Below are positions 1-12,252 of a DNA stretch of 64,000 bases, piece by piece. The notes beneath the pieces are model-generated. The model did not search any database. It was not told the origin of the DNA and saw only the letters and a list, made by a program, of their open reading frames with translations. A program made the position numbers and the translations under genes. The stretch lies in the NCBI RefSeq assembly GCF_000315625.1, contig NW_005434577.1, positions 62,253-126,252 of the forward strand. The letters are read 5' to 3'. This DNA comes from Guillardia theta CCMP2712. Taxonomy: Eukaryota > Protista > Cryptophyta. How positions within the stretch are numbered: the first letter of the stretch is position 1; every line of letters starts with the position of its first letter.

Positions 1-191
1 GAGGAGCACATGCTGGGCAGGGACAGAGACGAGGGCTTGGGCTTGACGGCGACAGAGGTGGAGTGCGAGGAGGAGGTTTCGAGCGACGATGAGCGGCTGG
101 ATGGGCGGTAGGATCGGAGGAGAGGGCGGGCGGGCGGGAGGTCAGAGGAGAGGGAGACGCGGGACCAGGAGACGGGGGAGATAGAGCACAT
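1..191 (-). pseudogene. Partial copy of short MCSISPVSW/CLDNILAAR paralogue family (runs off the window)
   Basis: Minus strand reads MCSISPVSWSRVSLSSDLPPARP from ATG at 191; near-identical DNA at 5125-5205 and 6600-6670. Confidence 0.55.
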
Positions 192-769
192 GGGAGGAGG
201 GGCAGGAGGGGCAGGAGGAGGTAGCACAAGGAAGGGCTGTGGGTCTTTGTATGTGTGAACTTGTTGTGCCTGTAACGGAATAAAAGGGGACCATAATCAG
301 TTGAAAAAGAATCTCCAGATCGGTACCGAGGGTCACGATACTACGAACGCTGCCCACGGACTCCTTCGGATCGGACCGCTTGCCAGGGGCTGAAAAACTC
401 CGGGCCGGGCCGGGCGGGAGATACTCCGAACAACTCACTCCCGTGAGTTGATCCATAGCATGTCGCAAGTTCTACTCCGAGTGCCTTGCTACGCATGTCT
501 ATCAGCCGAGTGACTATGTTACATCGCTGCAGAACACGGCTCAGTGCTCCGGCGGAGGTGCATAAATCAGTGATTGCTTGACTCACTCACACTAGCTCAG
601 TGTCACAAAGACCAGTGCTGTGCTGTTTGTTCAGGCAGGTAGCTTGGGAAGGCCAAGCCAGGGAAGGGGGGGGGGGAGAAGGTGTAGGTATCAATGTCCT
701 ATCTCAACGGCGAAGTAAAGGGATGTGCTGTTACAAAACTATTGAAGGAGCCTCTTGTGATTTTAGTGG

Positions 770-975
770 ACGACCTCCTCCCCCTTAAGCTTTAGTCGCC
801 TCGCCTGCTGAATATCTCCCCTAGAAGCAGCATACGCTGACTGGATAACATCCTGGCAGCCGTATGCCAGCCGAAGCATCTCAAGACGATGGGGACAGAG
901 GGGTTCAGTCAAGAAGAAGAGGCAGGCGCAATGACGGAAAAACGATGAAGTGCGGAGAAGGATGAGTGGTAGAGG
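770..975 (+). pseudogene. Inverted, degenerate copy of the CLDNILAAR family
   Basis: Reads ...SSIR*LDNILAA...; DNA aligns by eye to the reverse complement of 1270-1460; in-frame stop. Confidence 0.45.
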
Positions 976-1281
976 AGAGCACAGACAGCGACAGGTATAC
1001 ATGTACGAGGTGGCGATGAAAGGAATACATCGCGTACGATACAACAAATGGACACTTCAAGGTGAAGGTGATACTGAAGACTGAGAGATGATGGATGCTT
1101 GCAGATGTCTTGGTCAAGTATTTGCAGTCTCATTCTTTATTACAACTGCAGTAGCACCTTTCGTAATCAACCGCATCACTCCGAAGTTGATTGAGAGCCA
1201 TGATATGATCGGATGAACAAGCAGGAAATTATGGAAAGGTTGGCGATATTCACCTATCACCTGCTTCTACCTCCCAGCTCT

Positions 1282-1586
1282 TCATCCCCGCTTCTTTTCT
1301 GACACTTCATCACCGCTACTCTGCTGCTCTCTTCTCCGCTTCCTCTTCCGCTCTGACCCCTTCTCTTGCTCTCCTCTGAGCTGCTGAAGTTTCCTCCTTG
1401 CTGCCAGGATGTTGTCGAGACAGCTCGTTCTGTTATGATGTGGTGACTGAAGCTTTAGGAGGAAGGATGTCGGGCAAGGGTTGCCAGGGGGAGCGGGACG
1501 GAAGAGAGCGGAGTCTGAGGAGTATCGGAGGAGGGTCGAGGAGGAGGGGCACAGTACAAGGAGACATTGAAGATAGCGATGAACAT
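1282..1586 (-). pseudogene. Divergent CLDNILAAR family copy
   Basis: RTSCLDNILAARRKLQ motif in ORF 1282..1653; the 5' part resembles the MCSISPVS start but in another frame. Confidence 0.45.
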
Positions 1587-2770
1587 TGCAGGAGCAAAGG
1601 CGATACACAACAGCGCTTGAGATATGGCGAACGAGAACTGTTCGATCGATCAAGAGCAGGAGGACAGATGCAGGAGGGGAGGAGACAAAGGAACTAGGAC
1701 AAGCGGACTATTGTGGGGAGGGAGGGGAGGAGCGGGGCGGGGGTGGGGGCGGGGGTCGACCCGTGATCACCTGGCACCTCTCAGTCGCTCGGAGTCCGTG
1801 ACCACCCCCGGCGGCCCTACGGCCACCGAACGGCCACTGTCGTATGTCGTACCTTTGTACCGAAAATAGATTAGTCATCTCGTGTGCACAGCGTGACCGT
1901 TATGACCGTTGTGCCTGTTGAACTAGCACTTGAAGAACACACATCACGGTTGTCGACCTACTGATACGAGAACGTCTTGCTAACTGACGTGGCAGATGAA
2001 CACTTCACACTGCACTCTGAGACAGGCGATCAGATCTCCCCAACGGCTGATCGCAATGATTTGCAGATTCCAAGTAAATTTGGAGCAACGAGCGGTTCAA
2101 GTCAACAGACTTTGATATCGTACGAGTGATCGGCCGAGATGCCTTGAAGTCTCTTCCAACAATCTCCTCAACCTTCCCTCCCACTCACCTCCTCCTCCTG
2201 CCCCTGCCCCTGCCCCTGCCCCTGCCCCTGCCCCTGCCCCTGCCCCTGCCCCTGCGCCTGGCGCGCGAGCTGGAGCTGCCGCCAGGTCGTGAGACAAGAG
2301 GATTGATGCCTCAACAGCTCAGGAATGTCAAGACCTTCAAACATGAGGCATAGAGTTGGAGATCAATCATTGTCTTCACCTCGACACATGATTGGCGAGA
2401 TTCAGCAACACGAATGGGAGTACCGCCTCGTGCGGGAAGTCATGTGATGGTTTGTAATGTGCATCATAGCTTTGTTGCTGTGCTCTTTGTAATTAATGTA
2501 ATTGGACTGTGCAACACCTCGTGCGTATTACGTTGTTCTTCATCCTGCTTGCACTTGGCCTTGTAGCATCACTAATCGAACACTTCCACCAATGAATAAA
2601 AAAAGAATAAAACTCTAAAAGTTAAGGTCATGGTACAAACTATTGACTGATTTTAGAAGGAAACTCGATTGCTCCCATAACCCTCTAATTTGGTAGCTTT
2701 TGTACCACGGGCGTTCTCTAAAGTACCGGTAGTTGCCTGCTGGGGATGGATGCGGAGTGAAGGAGGGAGC

Positions 2771-4276
2771 ATGAGGAGGATGCTGTGTGCGTGTGTGCTT
2801 TGGGCTGTACTAGGGGCGTGGATATGTCCTAAGGCCGAGGCGGCAAGCAGTGTGGTTTGTGGAGGCTGCACGTTTCGTATCTCGGACGAGGGTTTGTTGT
2901 CGAGGGAAGGGAGCTGTGGGAATAGCTGTACTGACACATTGAATTTGAACTCCCGCAACATTCAGAACATAACGAGTGGGACCTTTGAAGGGCTCTCGAG
3001 CTTGCAGAATCTATATCTTCAATACAACAACCTGGACAGCCTGCCTGCAGGGATCTTCGACGGGCTCTCGAGCTTGGGGAGGCTATATCTTGACAAAGAC
3101 AACCTGGAGAGTCTGCCTGCAGGGATATTCGACGGGCTCTCGAGCTTGCAGTGGCTACAACTTTCCTTAAACAAGCTGGAGAGTCTGCCTGCAGGGATCT
3201 TCGACGGGCTTTCAAAATTGAGCAATATAGTTCTTTCCAACAACAACATTCAGAGTCTGCCTGCAGGGATCTTCGGTAAGACCTCGAAACTGGTTTATCT
3301 ACAACTTTCCAACAACAATATTCAGAGTCTGCCTGTAGATATCTTCAACGGGCTCTCGCAATTGTACCTCCTATCTCTTGACAACAACAACCTGGAGAGT
3401 CTTCCTGAAGATATCTTCGACAGACTGTCAAGTTTGTTTGCTCTAAATCTTCAGTACAACCACCTTAAGAGTCTGCCTCCAGAAATCTTCAACGGGCTCT
3501 CAAAATTGTACGATCTAAATCTTGACAACAACAACCTGGAGAGTCTGCCTGCAGGGATCTTCGACGGGCTCTCAAACTTGCAGCATCTAAATCTTGACAA
3601 CAACAACGTGGAGAGCCTCCTTGCAGGGATCTTCGACGGGCTCGAGAGCTTGGAGTCTCTATATCTTGACAGAAACAAGCTTTCCTGCATTTCCTCCCAG
3701 GCTTTCACTGGTTTGTCTTCGCTGAGGTATTTAGGCCTGACAAGCAACAATCTACCGTGCTATCATCCATCCTGGCCAAGCTTTGCTCAATTGGACGCGA
3801 ACCTTGAACCGTGCCTCAACGAAACCCATTGCAACAACAGCGGGGGCATCAACTCCATCGCAAACACCTTCAACCCAACCACAATGCCAACATCATCCTC
3901 GTCATCAAAAGAAGGGGAATCGTTTTCGACTTCAATGATACAAGACTTCCCAACTACAGCTTCAGCATCACCAGAGATCTCAACTACAAGCCCAGCATTA
4001 CCCGAGATCCCAACCACGACACCAACAGGCCTACCACCGCGAACCTGGACTCTGCACCCGGACTACCTCCGCTGCCGGATACAGCACTCCTGGCCAGAGA
4101 TCATGGACAGTGAGCTCGCGACGAACCACACCATCACGACGGGGGGACTCGGGAGGTGGATGGTGGTGGATAGATACGAGGTGTGGGTGTGCAGCCATCA
4201 TGACACCTGTGCGGGGCCTGGGAATGCTTTCTGCTATGTCTTTGACGAGAAGGAGGAGGACTTCATCCCATGGTGA
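2771..4276 (+). CDS. Secreted leucine-rich-repeat protein (about 12 x 24-aa LRRs, Ser/Thr/Pro stalk, Cys/Trp C-terminal domain)
   Basis: Signal peptide MRRMLCACVLWAVLGAWICPKAEA, Cys N-cap, repeats of NLESLPAGIFDGLSSLxxLxL; paralogue at 26268-27434. A probable 44-nt intron at 4273-4316 extends the C-terminus (WGLEDELMLS...). Confidence 0.9.
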   Translation: MRRMLCACVLWAVLGAWICPKAEAASSVVCGGCTFRISDEGLLSREGSCGNSCTDTLNLNSRNIQNITSGTFEGLSSLQNLYLQYNNLDSLPAGIFDGLSSLGRLYLDKDNLESLPAGIFDGLSSLQWLQLSLNKLESLPAGIFDGLSKLSNIVLSNNNIQSLPAGIFGKTSKLVYLQLSNNNIQSLPVDIFNGLSQLYLLSLDNNNLESLPEDIFDRLSSLFALNLQYNHLKSLPPEIFNGLSKLYDLNLDNNNLESLPAGIFDGLSNLQHLNLDNNNVESLLAGIFDGLESLESLYLDRNKLSCISSQAFTGLSSLRYLGLTSNNLPCYHPSWPSFAQLDANLEPCLNETHCNNSGGINSIANTFNPTTMPTSSSSSKEGESFSTSMIQDFPTTASASPEISTTSPALPEIPTTTPTGLPPRTWTLHPDYLRCRIQHSWPEIMDSELATNHTITTGGLGRWMVVDRYEVWVCSHHDTCAGPGNAFCYVFDEKEEDFIPW

Positions 4277-4761
4277 TGTTTTGTTTGGTGCTTTTGAGTC
4301 CGATGGCTTTTGTCAGGGGCCTGGAGGATGAGCTCATGCTGAGCGAAGAACCTAGACAGATGACAGCAGCCATCAACCTGGTCCGATCCGATCATCTTTA
4401 TCACGTTTCCATTGACTCTTGTTTTAGTCCTTCAATGTTTCAAGTTTGTACTAATCTCAAAAAGACTTTGAATTGTGGCACAATGAACTTTGACTTGCGA
4501 CGGTCAAACACTAAACCCCTGTGGTATACCGGAAACAGGTGCGTCTTCACCGGGTTCGCCTCAGCGTGTGCTACAACTTCTTCGCTCGATGCAACCGACT
4601 TGAACGTGCGAGACTACAGTATCAAACTAAAGTCCTGGAATCAACTTCAACGCAAACACTTGCTTCACTTGATCTGTTCTAGATTTGCACCTCCCTTGCA
4701 TTGTAGGCTTACATGGCTTGTCTGCTTCAAACAACCAAACAACCTGATACCGTGACAAGCA

Positions 4762-5205
4762 TCATTCACACAGACACGATTCCCGTGTATATCCACATAG
4801 AACTGCCCCCCACCCCCCACCCCGCCCCTCCCAAGCCCATCTCATCATCTTCCGACGTTCACACTGACATAGAACCCTTGTGGATCTCTTCCCTTCCTCC
4901 CGTCCCATCCAATGCTTCCATGTCACTTCCCTCCGTCCTGTACGGATCTTTATTCTCTCTGTCCCTATACTCTCCCCCCCCCCCGCCGTCCGTTTCCTCC
5001 ACGCCTGGTCCGCGAGCTGGAGCTTGACCCTGGCGGCCAGAATGTTGTCCAGGCATGTCCTGACGGAGGACTTGCTGGGAAGGAGTTCGGGCGACTTGGG
5101 CTTGACAGAGCAAAGGGCTCGGGAGGATCGGAGGAGAGGGCGGGCAGGGGGGAGGTCAGAGGAGAGGGAGACGCGGGACCAGGAGACGGGGGAGATAGAG
5201 CACAT
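4762..5205 (-). CDS. Most complete MCSISPVSW/CLDNILAAR family member, unknown function
   Basis: Both motifs are in one frame: MCSISPVSWSRVSLSSDLPP...RTCLDNILAARVKLQL. 3' end uncertain. Confidence 0.45.
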   Translation of the reverse strand: MCSISPVSWSRVSLSSDLPPARPLLRSSRALCSVKPKSPELLPSKSSVRTCLDNILAARVKLQLADQAWRKRTAGGGESIGTERIKIRTGRREVTWKHWMGREEGKRSTRVLCQCERRKMMRWAWEGRGGGWGAVLCGYTRESCLCE

Positions 5206-5288
5206 GGGGAGAGGAGGGTAAGCAGAGGCTGGGAAGAGGAGCAAGATCCTGGTGCTCAATTCCACGGATCTCGGTTGTCAGTTGAAGC

Positions 5289-5711
5289 TTCAACTCGTGT
5301 ATGCAGTAGTACTAGCTCGCTGTTTCAACTCGTGTATGCAGTAGTACTAGCTAGCGTGTTCAACTCGTGTATGCAGTAGTACTAGCTCGCTGTTTCAACT
5401 CGTGTATGCAGTAGTACTAGCTCGCTGTTTCAACTCGTGTATGCAGTAGTACTAGCTCGCTGTTTCAACTCGTGTATGCAGTAGTACTAGCTCGCTGTTT
5501 CAACTCGTGTATGCAGTAGTACTAGCTCGCTGTTTCAACTCGTGTATGCAGTAGTACTAGCTCGCTGTTTCAACTCGTGTATGCAGTAGTACTAGCTCGC
5601 TGTTTCAACTTGTGTATGCAGTAGTACTAGCTCGCTGTTTCAACTCGTGTATGCAGTAGTACTAGCTCGCTGTTTCAACTCGTGTATGCAGTAGTACTAG
5701 CTCGCTGTTTC
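5289..5711. repeat. 35-bp tandem minisatellite, 12 copies
   Basis: TTCAACTCGTGTATGCAGTAGTACTAGCTCGCTGT head-to-tail, only two variant copies, no spacers. Confidence 0.97.
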
Positions 5712-6496
5712 GGCAGTATCGAGCTCGCATGGGTCTTGCCGTCTCGCGCTACTGCTCGTTGTCCCGATCCTTGTTCCCCTGCTTCTCGTGCATGAAGCCG
5801 CTCGCGTGGTTGGAGTAGCGGTTTTCGCTGCCTCTTCCTTCTTTTTCCTACTTCGTTTGCTTCGTTTTCCATTTCAGTCATTCAACCTTTCATACTATGT
5901 CTGCATGCTTGGAATCACAATCCTACTAGGCCAGTGCACGGTTCTATCTCTCGTGCTCCTCAACTTCTTTTCTTGTTGTTGCAGGGTCAGCTGAAGATGT
6001 CTGCAGTACTTTGGCATAGAATACTACTGCTAAGTGAAAAGAATATTCACTCAAGTCATCAAGCAGTGCAGTGCTGCCTGAGATAGACAACGTGTGACAA
6101 TGGAAGGCGACGCACTCGCTTCATCCCTGCCTTATTTCCAGCTACACGTGGGATATTTGAGAAAACGAAGCTGAGGCTTGACGTCATCTGCGAGCCCTAG
6201 CAGAACGATCAGCTGAACCAACTCAGGGCACAAGAGCTCGTTCAGGTAGGATGAGCAGGATCCTTCTCGCCCGGCCCCTCATAATGAGGTTCAGCTGTTG
6301 ACTCGCCTCAGGTCGTCTACGGCATCGCTAGTCATGCACATGACTCATGCAGCATGATTGAGTGATCCTACGAGGTGCGCGAGCTTGTCACTACATCCCA
6401 GCTTCCCCTCGTCCCCTCCAAGTGTCTTTATTCTGAGATCCAAATACTACACATACACTCCCCGATGCTCCAGGTCCCGCCCTCTCCCTCGACTCA

Positions 6497-6670
6497 TCAC
6501 GCGTTGTTGTTCAGGCAGCTGGTCCTCGCGGAAGATAGGCTGGGAAGCAAGTCGGGCGAGGGCTGGGGCTTGACGGGGGAGGAGGGAAGATGGAGGAGGA
6601 GAGGGCGAGCAGGAGGGAGATCGGAGGAGAGGGAGACACAGGACCAGGAGACGGGGGAGATAGAGCACAT
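6497..6670 (-). pseudogene. Truncated MCSISPVSW family copy
   Basis: Reads MCSISPVSWSCVSLSSDLPPARP...RTSCLNNNA* with a premature stop at 6497-6499. Confidence 0.5.
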
Positions 6671-6768
6671 GGAGGGATTGAGGGAGGGAGGGATTGAGGG
6701 AGGGAGAGAGGGAGAAAGGAGACAGGAGGGAGGATGAGAAGGGCGGACTGCGGTGGGAGGAGGGAGCC

Positions 6769-6868
6769 NNNNNNNNNNNNNNNNNNNNNNNNNNNNNNNN
6801 NNNNNNNNNNNNNNNNNNNNNNNNNNNNNNNNNNNNNNNNNNNNNNNNNNNNNNNNNNNNNNNNNNNN
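6769..6868. other. Assembly gap (100 N)
   Basis: Run of N flanked by purine-rich low-complexity sequence and a (GAGAGG)n tract. Confidence 1.
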
Positions 6869-6967
6869 AGAGGGAGAGGGAGAGGGAGAGGGAGAGGGAG
6901 AGGGAGAGGGAGAGCAGAGGAGGAGTAGGAGTTGAAAAGTTCGACTTTGATTACATCCTTCACACTA

Positions 6968-9900
6968 TCATCTCTTCCGCATCCTGGTCTTGATCCAGCC
7001 CTCCAGGTCCCACCGGATCACCGAGTTCCTCCTGGGAAGCGCTTCCAGTTCCTCCGGAGAGCTGCAGGAACAGTGTCAACAGGGGAGCTAGCAGCATGCT
7101 GCAATGGTACTAGTTCTTGTCGCCGGCAAGCGGCGCCGATGGCTGCAAGTCCCTCCCACAGGAGCACAGAAACTTGTTGTCCATGGAGAAGCACAGGTCA
7201 ACAACCTGGAGGAACAAGTGAGGAGGAGGAGGAGGAGGAGGAGGATCAACCGGTCCGCTGTGCGCCCTCCATGTGGCTAGTCGGTCCCCCGAGTCAACCG
7301 CTGTCAAGGTCACGTAGCCCAGCTCTGTCCCCCACGCCACGAGCAGACCGTCTGTGGACCTGGAGCATGCTTCAGGGCAGAGCAGCAGCTGCATGCAAGG
7401 CTTACGCTGCCATGGAGAGAATCTGAACTCCGTCGAGAATGGAGTAGTCTTCGCATCTGCCATCGGGCATGTGCTCTTTCCTCTTCCTCTTGCAGTAGCT
7501 GCACGTGCTGTTCCACAGCCTGATCGAGCGGTCACGAGGGGAGAAGCAGCACAGGCTCTTCCTTACACTTTCCCGAACATCCTGATGCTGTGCCTTGGCG
7601 TGAAGAAGTATCCTTTCTCGTTGCGGACCCCGAACAGCATCGCCGGGAACACCGTGTACTGGCTCTGCGTCCAAATGATAAGACGAGTAGGCGCGGGAGA
7701 ACTCTGGGCACCAGACTCTTCTCCTTCACAGCCTCCGTGTAGCTGAACTTGAGGCGGACAGAACCTCTACTCTTCCTATCCTCGTTCCTCACGACGTACC
7801 AGTTGATCAGCGGCTCCTGCTGCGAGCACACCTGAAGTCCAAGTCACCCGAGCATGCAGGAGGAGCGAACCGGTGTGCCTTGCTCAGCAGCTTGTCCATG
7901 CGCAGGACGTTGGAACCCAGCTCCTTGAGGGACCTGTCGGAGGGCTCGACCATGAAGGTCTGGACGGTGAGCTCGAGGGTGCTGGGGCCGATGCCGAAGT
8001 ACATCTCCTTCCTCCACTGCGGCGTCTTGGTTGCCATGGCCTGAAGCACAGAAGCGTCAAGGAGGAGAGCATAGGAGAGGAGGACGCAGACAGAGGAGAG
8101 AGAGGGGGATAAGGGACAAGAACGAGGGAGAGGAGGACGGAGGTAGAGGAGGTGACAGTGGGATAAGGGACAAGGACAGGTGAGAGGGAAGGGATAGGGG
8201 AAGGCGTAAGAAGAGGAGAACAGGTCAAGGAAAGGAGATTGGAAAAGAGAGGGAAAGGGGCGCTACCACGTCAGTCTGATACTCTTGTCCCCTTTGCGTC
8301 CTGATGCTACAGACTGTGTTGATGGGGCCCTTGTCATCCGGGTTCTTGATATTCTTTCCCTCCTCCACCGTCACCTGCGCAAGTCTCAGCACGGCAGCAG
8401 GCGGAGAGGAGGAGGAGGACAGACGTGCAGGTTGGCGTTGTGGACCATCTCCTCGAAGCGCACGTTCATCTTCACCACAGTCACGTGGTTCCCGTTGGTC
8501 AGCTGGTTGCCTCCAGGTTTCTTCAGCTTGTATCTCTTTGAGATCCCGTTGGCGCCTGGGTAGACATCCGAGTCACGAGGAGGCGACCGAAGGAGGTGAC
8601 TCACTGTTAGTTGCGATCAGGTCCCCATGGGTGGTGCTGTACTCTGCCATGACACTCGTCAGGTCCCAGCTCATGCCCAGGACAGGGTGGACCTCCAATC
8701 AGCTTGACACCCTCGCTCCTCCTGTACTCGAACAGCTGGACCCTGACCATCTCGTTCATATCCCACACCGAGCAGCTCAACTGATGGCCCGTGACGTCAG
8801 ACTCGAAGTCAAGCGAATCTCCTCCTGCCGATCAGTCAGGAACAGGCGAGGTATATGGCTACCATTGACAAACAACAACTAGTGTTTCTGCGAATCCTTC
8901 CTCCCTCTCCTTCCCTCCCTCTCCGTTGTCATCATCATCATCATCATCTCCTCCTCCTCCTCCTTCTTCTCCTTCTCCTTCTCCTTCTCCTTCTCCTTCT
9001 CCTCAATCATCATCAGCATCATCATCATCAGCATCATCATCAGCATCATCATCAGCATCAGTATCAGCATCAGCATCACCGGCCGGATGTGTGCGCAAGC
9101 AGTGGCGATTTCGACCGACTTCGAACACGAGGAATCGCTCGACCTCTTCGGTCCCCTTGGGCATGTGCTCGACCCCGAGGATCGAGAAGTGCATGAAGCC
9201 ATGCAGCCCCGTGTCGGGCAGGAACAACTTCACATCACAGTCGAGGGAGCTAACGAGGATAGGAGGGATGCGATATTCGTCCCTGTTGAGGAAGGTACCC
9301 CTGGAGACGGGCTTCTTGAACCCGTAGATCCTCTGCAGGATTTGCCCTTCCGGCACGCTCCATACGATGATGAAGTGGTCGTCTCCTCCCGAGATCAGGC
9401 GCTTGCTGTCAAACGAGAATTGGATCCACCGTACCCAGTTCGAGTGCCCCAGCAGCACCTTGGTCTGCACTAGAGTGATCGGGTTCCAGAACTTGACCGT
9501 CTTGTCTGAGCTGCACGTGGCGATCAGCGACCCGTTGGGGGTCCATGCAACGCATCGCACGTAGCCGCTGTGTGCCTTGACGCTCTGGACGGACTGGCCG
9601 GTCTTGACGTGCCACATGTGGAGGGTTTTGTCAGCGCCGACGGAGACGAGGCGGTCCGCCTCGGGGGACCAGTCGATGGACATGATCTGATGCGTGTGCT
9701 CGCGGAGGGAGTGCAGGCGCTTCACCTTGTAGCCATCGAGCTCGAAGACGCGAATGACGCAGTCGGTGCAGCAGACCCCCAGGTACCTGCCGTTGGGCGA
9801 GTACTTGATCGCTGTGTACCCCGATGGGTCCTGGTGGATCGCTGTGCCTCCAGGCGCCTCCTCCCCCAGGAATACTTCCCCGCTGGGCGCGTCCTCGTGG

Positions 9901-12216
9901 CTAACGGACGCGCGGCGCTTGTTCGCCTGGTTCTTCGTCATGGCATCGAGCTCCTTGATCATTTCCTGGTACTCGTCCTTCCACTCGATCCCCAGCAGCA
10001 CGCAGAACTCCTTGAAGTCGATCTCCCCGCTGTCGTCCTTGTCCACACTCTTCATCATGTTGGTCAGCTGCTGCTCCGTCAGGCGCTTCCCCATCGCCCT
10101 CATGATCGCGTCCAGCTCCATGATGTCGATCGAGTCGCTCTTGTCGAAATCGAACGCGCGGAAGGCGGCGCGGGCCTCTGACAGCTGATTCATCTTGTCT
10201 CCCTTCATCGCCTGCGCGTAGTCGATGGGCGTCGCTCGTACCCCGAAGATGCTGGCAAAGTCAACCCACCCGATCTCTCCCTTCCCCTCAGTGTCGATCT
10301 GCATGATGATGTCCTCGATCTGAAGAGGGTCCAACGGCCTTCCCAGCTTCTCCATCACCTTTCCCAGCTCGTTCGCATCGATGGTCCCGCTCTTGTCCGC
10401 GTCGAACTCTTCGAACACCTTGAACAACTGTTCGCGCTGGTCAGAGCTCTCTCAGCTGATCACAGTGCGCTCTCAACCTCTTCCTCCGCCTTCTTCTGCT
10501 GGTCAATCTCCTCCGGCTCCATCATCAGCATCATCACCTCCAACACCCGTCAGGTCTCGCCAACCTCAGCAGCATCTTCTGCACACCTTGATGAATTCCT
10601 CCTTGAACATGTAGTCCCAGCACAACCTCTTCTGAAACATCGCCGCCTTCTCTACCCTGTCATGCTTACGTTGGATCACTTTCTCCATGGCAATCCTGGC
10701 TGCTAGTCAGTGCAAAGGTATCGAAAGATCACTCATGGTATCATCCTTGCCTCAGATCTTTGAGCAGGACGTCCAACCCAAGTTTGTTCATCGCCTGCCA
10801 TGGCGACCTCTAAGTGCCGCAAGGAACAAGACCACCTCCTTGCACCTGCAGCAGCTCGCCGTCCACCTCCAGCGTACCGCCCTTGTCTGTATCCAGCTGA
10901 TCGAACAGGTTCCCGAACACTGCAAGCTCTCGAGTCATAAGGGAAAGGGAGAGTTGAAGGGAGGAGGGGAGACGAAGGGAGGAGGGGAGACGAAGGGAGG
11001 AGGGGAGACGAAGGGAGGAGGGGAGACGAAGGGAGGAGGGGAGACGAAGGGAGGAGGGGAGACGAAGGGAGGAGGGGAGACGAAGGGAGGAGGGGAGACG
11101 AAGGGAGGAGGGGAGACGAAGGGAGGAGGGGAGACGAAGGGAGGAGGGGGAGGGGAGACGAAGGGAGGAGGGGAGACGAAGGGAGAAGGGGAGACGAAGG
11201 GAGGAGGGGAGACGAAGGGAGGAGGGGAGACGAAGGGAGGAGGGGAGGTACTTGTTGAGAGCTCAGACTCCTTCGAGTCTCTGGTTCGGTTCCTAGCGTC
11301 CTCGATGGCCTTCAAGAACTCCGGCGCCATGTTGAAAGTTGCTCGTTGTCGAGGAGCCTTTGGGGCGTTCGTGTCTTCATGCGATGCCTTGCTGCTTCCA
11401 GAAGACCCGACTCGCTCGAGCTCCTTCGGATGCGACGTTGAGTTCGGCTCTAAGTTCTCTTTGAACTCCTGCTGTCTCGTCAACAAGAGGAAACGTCCTT
11501 CTGGTCATACAGACCGTTTCATCCCCTCCTTGACCTCTGCTGGAGACCTGCGAAACATCTTCATTGCCCTAGACTGAGATGCATGCACCTACATCTGAAG
11601 TGAAGTTGATCAGAACGACAAGGATCAGTGGGAAAACAAAGCTCACCTGGCTTGTTCTTGCTTCTTCCTTTCTCTTTCCCTGCTTTATCCTGATAGTTGA
11701 TACATTCATGAGAACTATCAACATAGAGATCCATGCACTTACTGATTCGTTCGCGCCATTCGCTTCAAGAGGATCTTCTTCGTCGATCTCTCCATCTATC
11801 GTCCTCCTGATGGCCCCACCTGCCTCCTCCTCCTCCTCCTCCTCCTCCTCCTCCTCCTCCTCCTCCTCATCCTCATCCTCATCCTCATCCTCCTCCTCCT
11901 CCTCCTCCTCATCCTCCTCCTCATCCTCCTCCTCATCCTCCTCCTCATCCTCCTCCTCATCATCATCTTCATCCTCATCCTCGTCCTCATCATCATCGTC
12001 GTCGTCATTTCCTTTTTGCTGCTTACCGCCAACAAGGTCCTCATTGTCATCACCATCACCTGGCTCCTCCTCCTCCTCCTCCTCCTCCTCCTCCTCCTCC
12101 TCCTCCTCCTCCTCCTCACCCTGTTCTCCTTCCGAGTTGTCCTCTTGACCCCCTTCCCCATCGTCGTCCTCCTCCTCTTCCTCCTCTTCCTCCTCTTCCT
12201 CCTCTTCCTCCTCTTC

Positions 12217-12252
<36 letters not shown>

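Noticed and set aside
4270-4755. Independent 161-aa gene
   Set aside because: Its start lies in the LRR gene's probable intron; only GLEDELMLS is conserved in the paralogue.
5289-5711. CRISPR-like array (35-bp repeats)
   Set aside because: No spacers, no cas genes, eukaryotic context; it is a simple tandem satellite.
10935-11250. Extensin-like SPPPFV (or GGGETK) repeat protein
   Set aside because: A perfect DNA-level 18-mer that begins at a GT donor and ends before an EF-hand exon; most likely intronic.
11579-12161. Poly-Ser and poly-Arg ORFs
   Set aside because: Alternative frames of a (GAG/GAT)n acidic tract.
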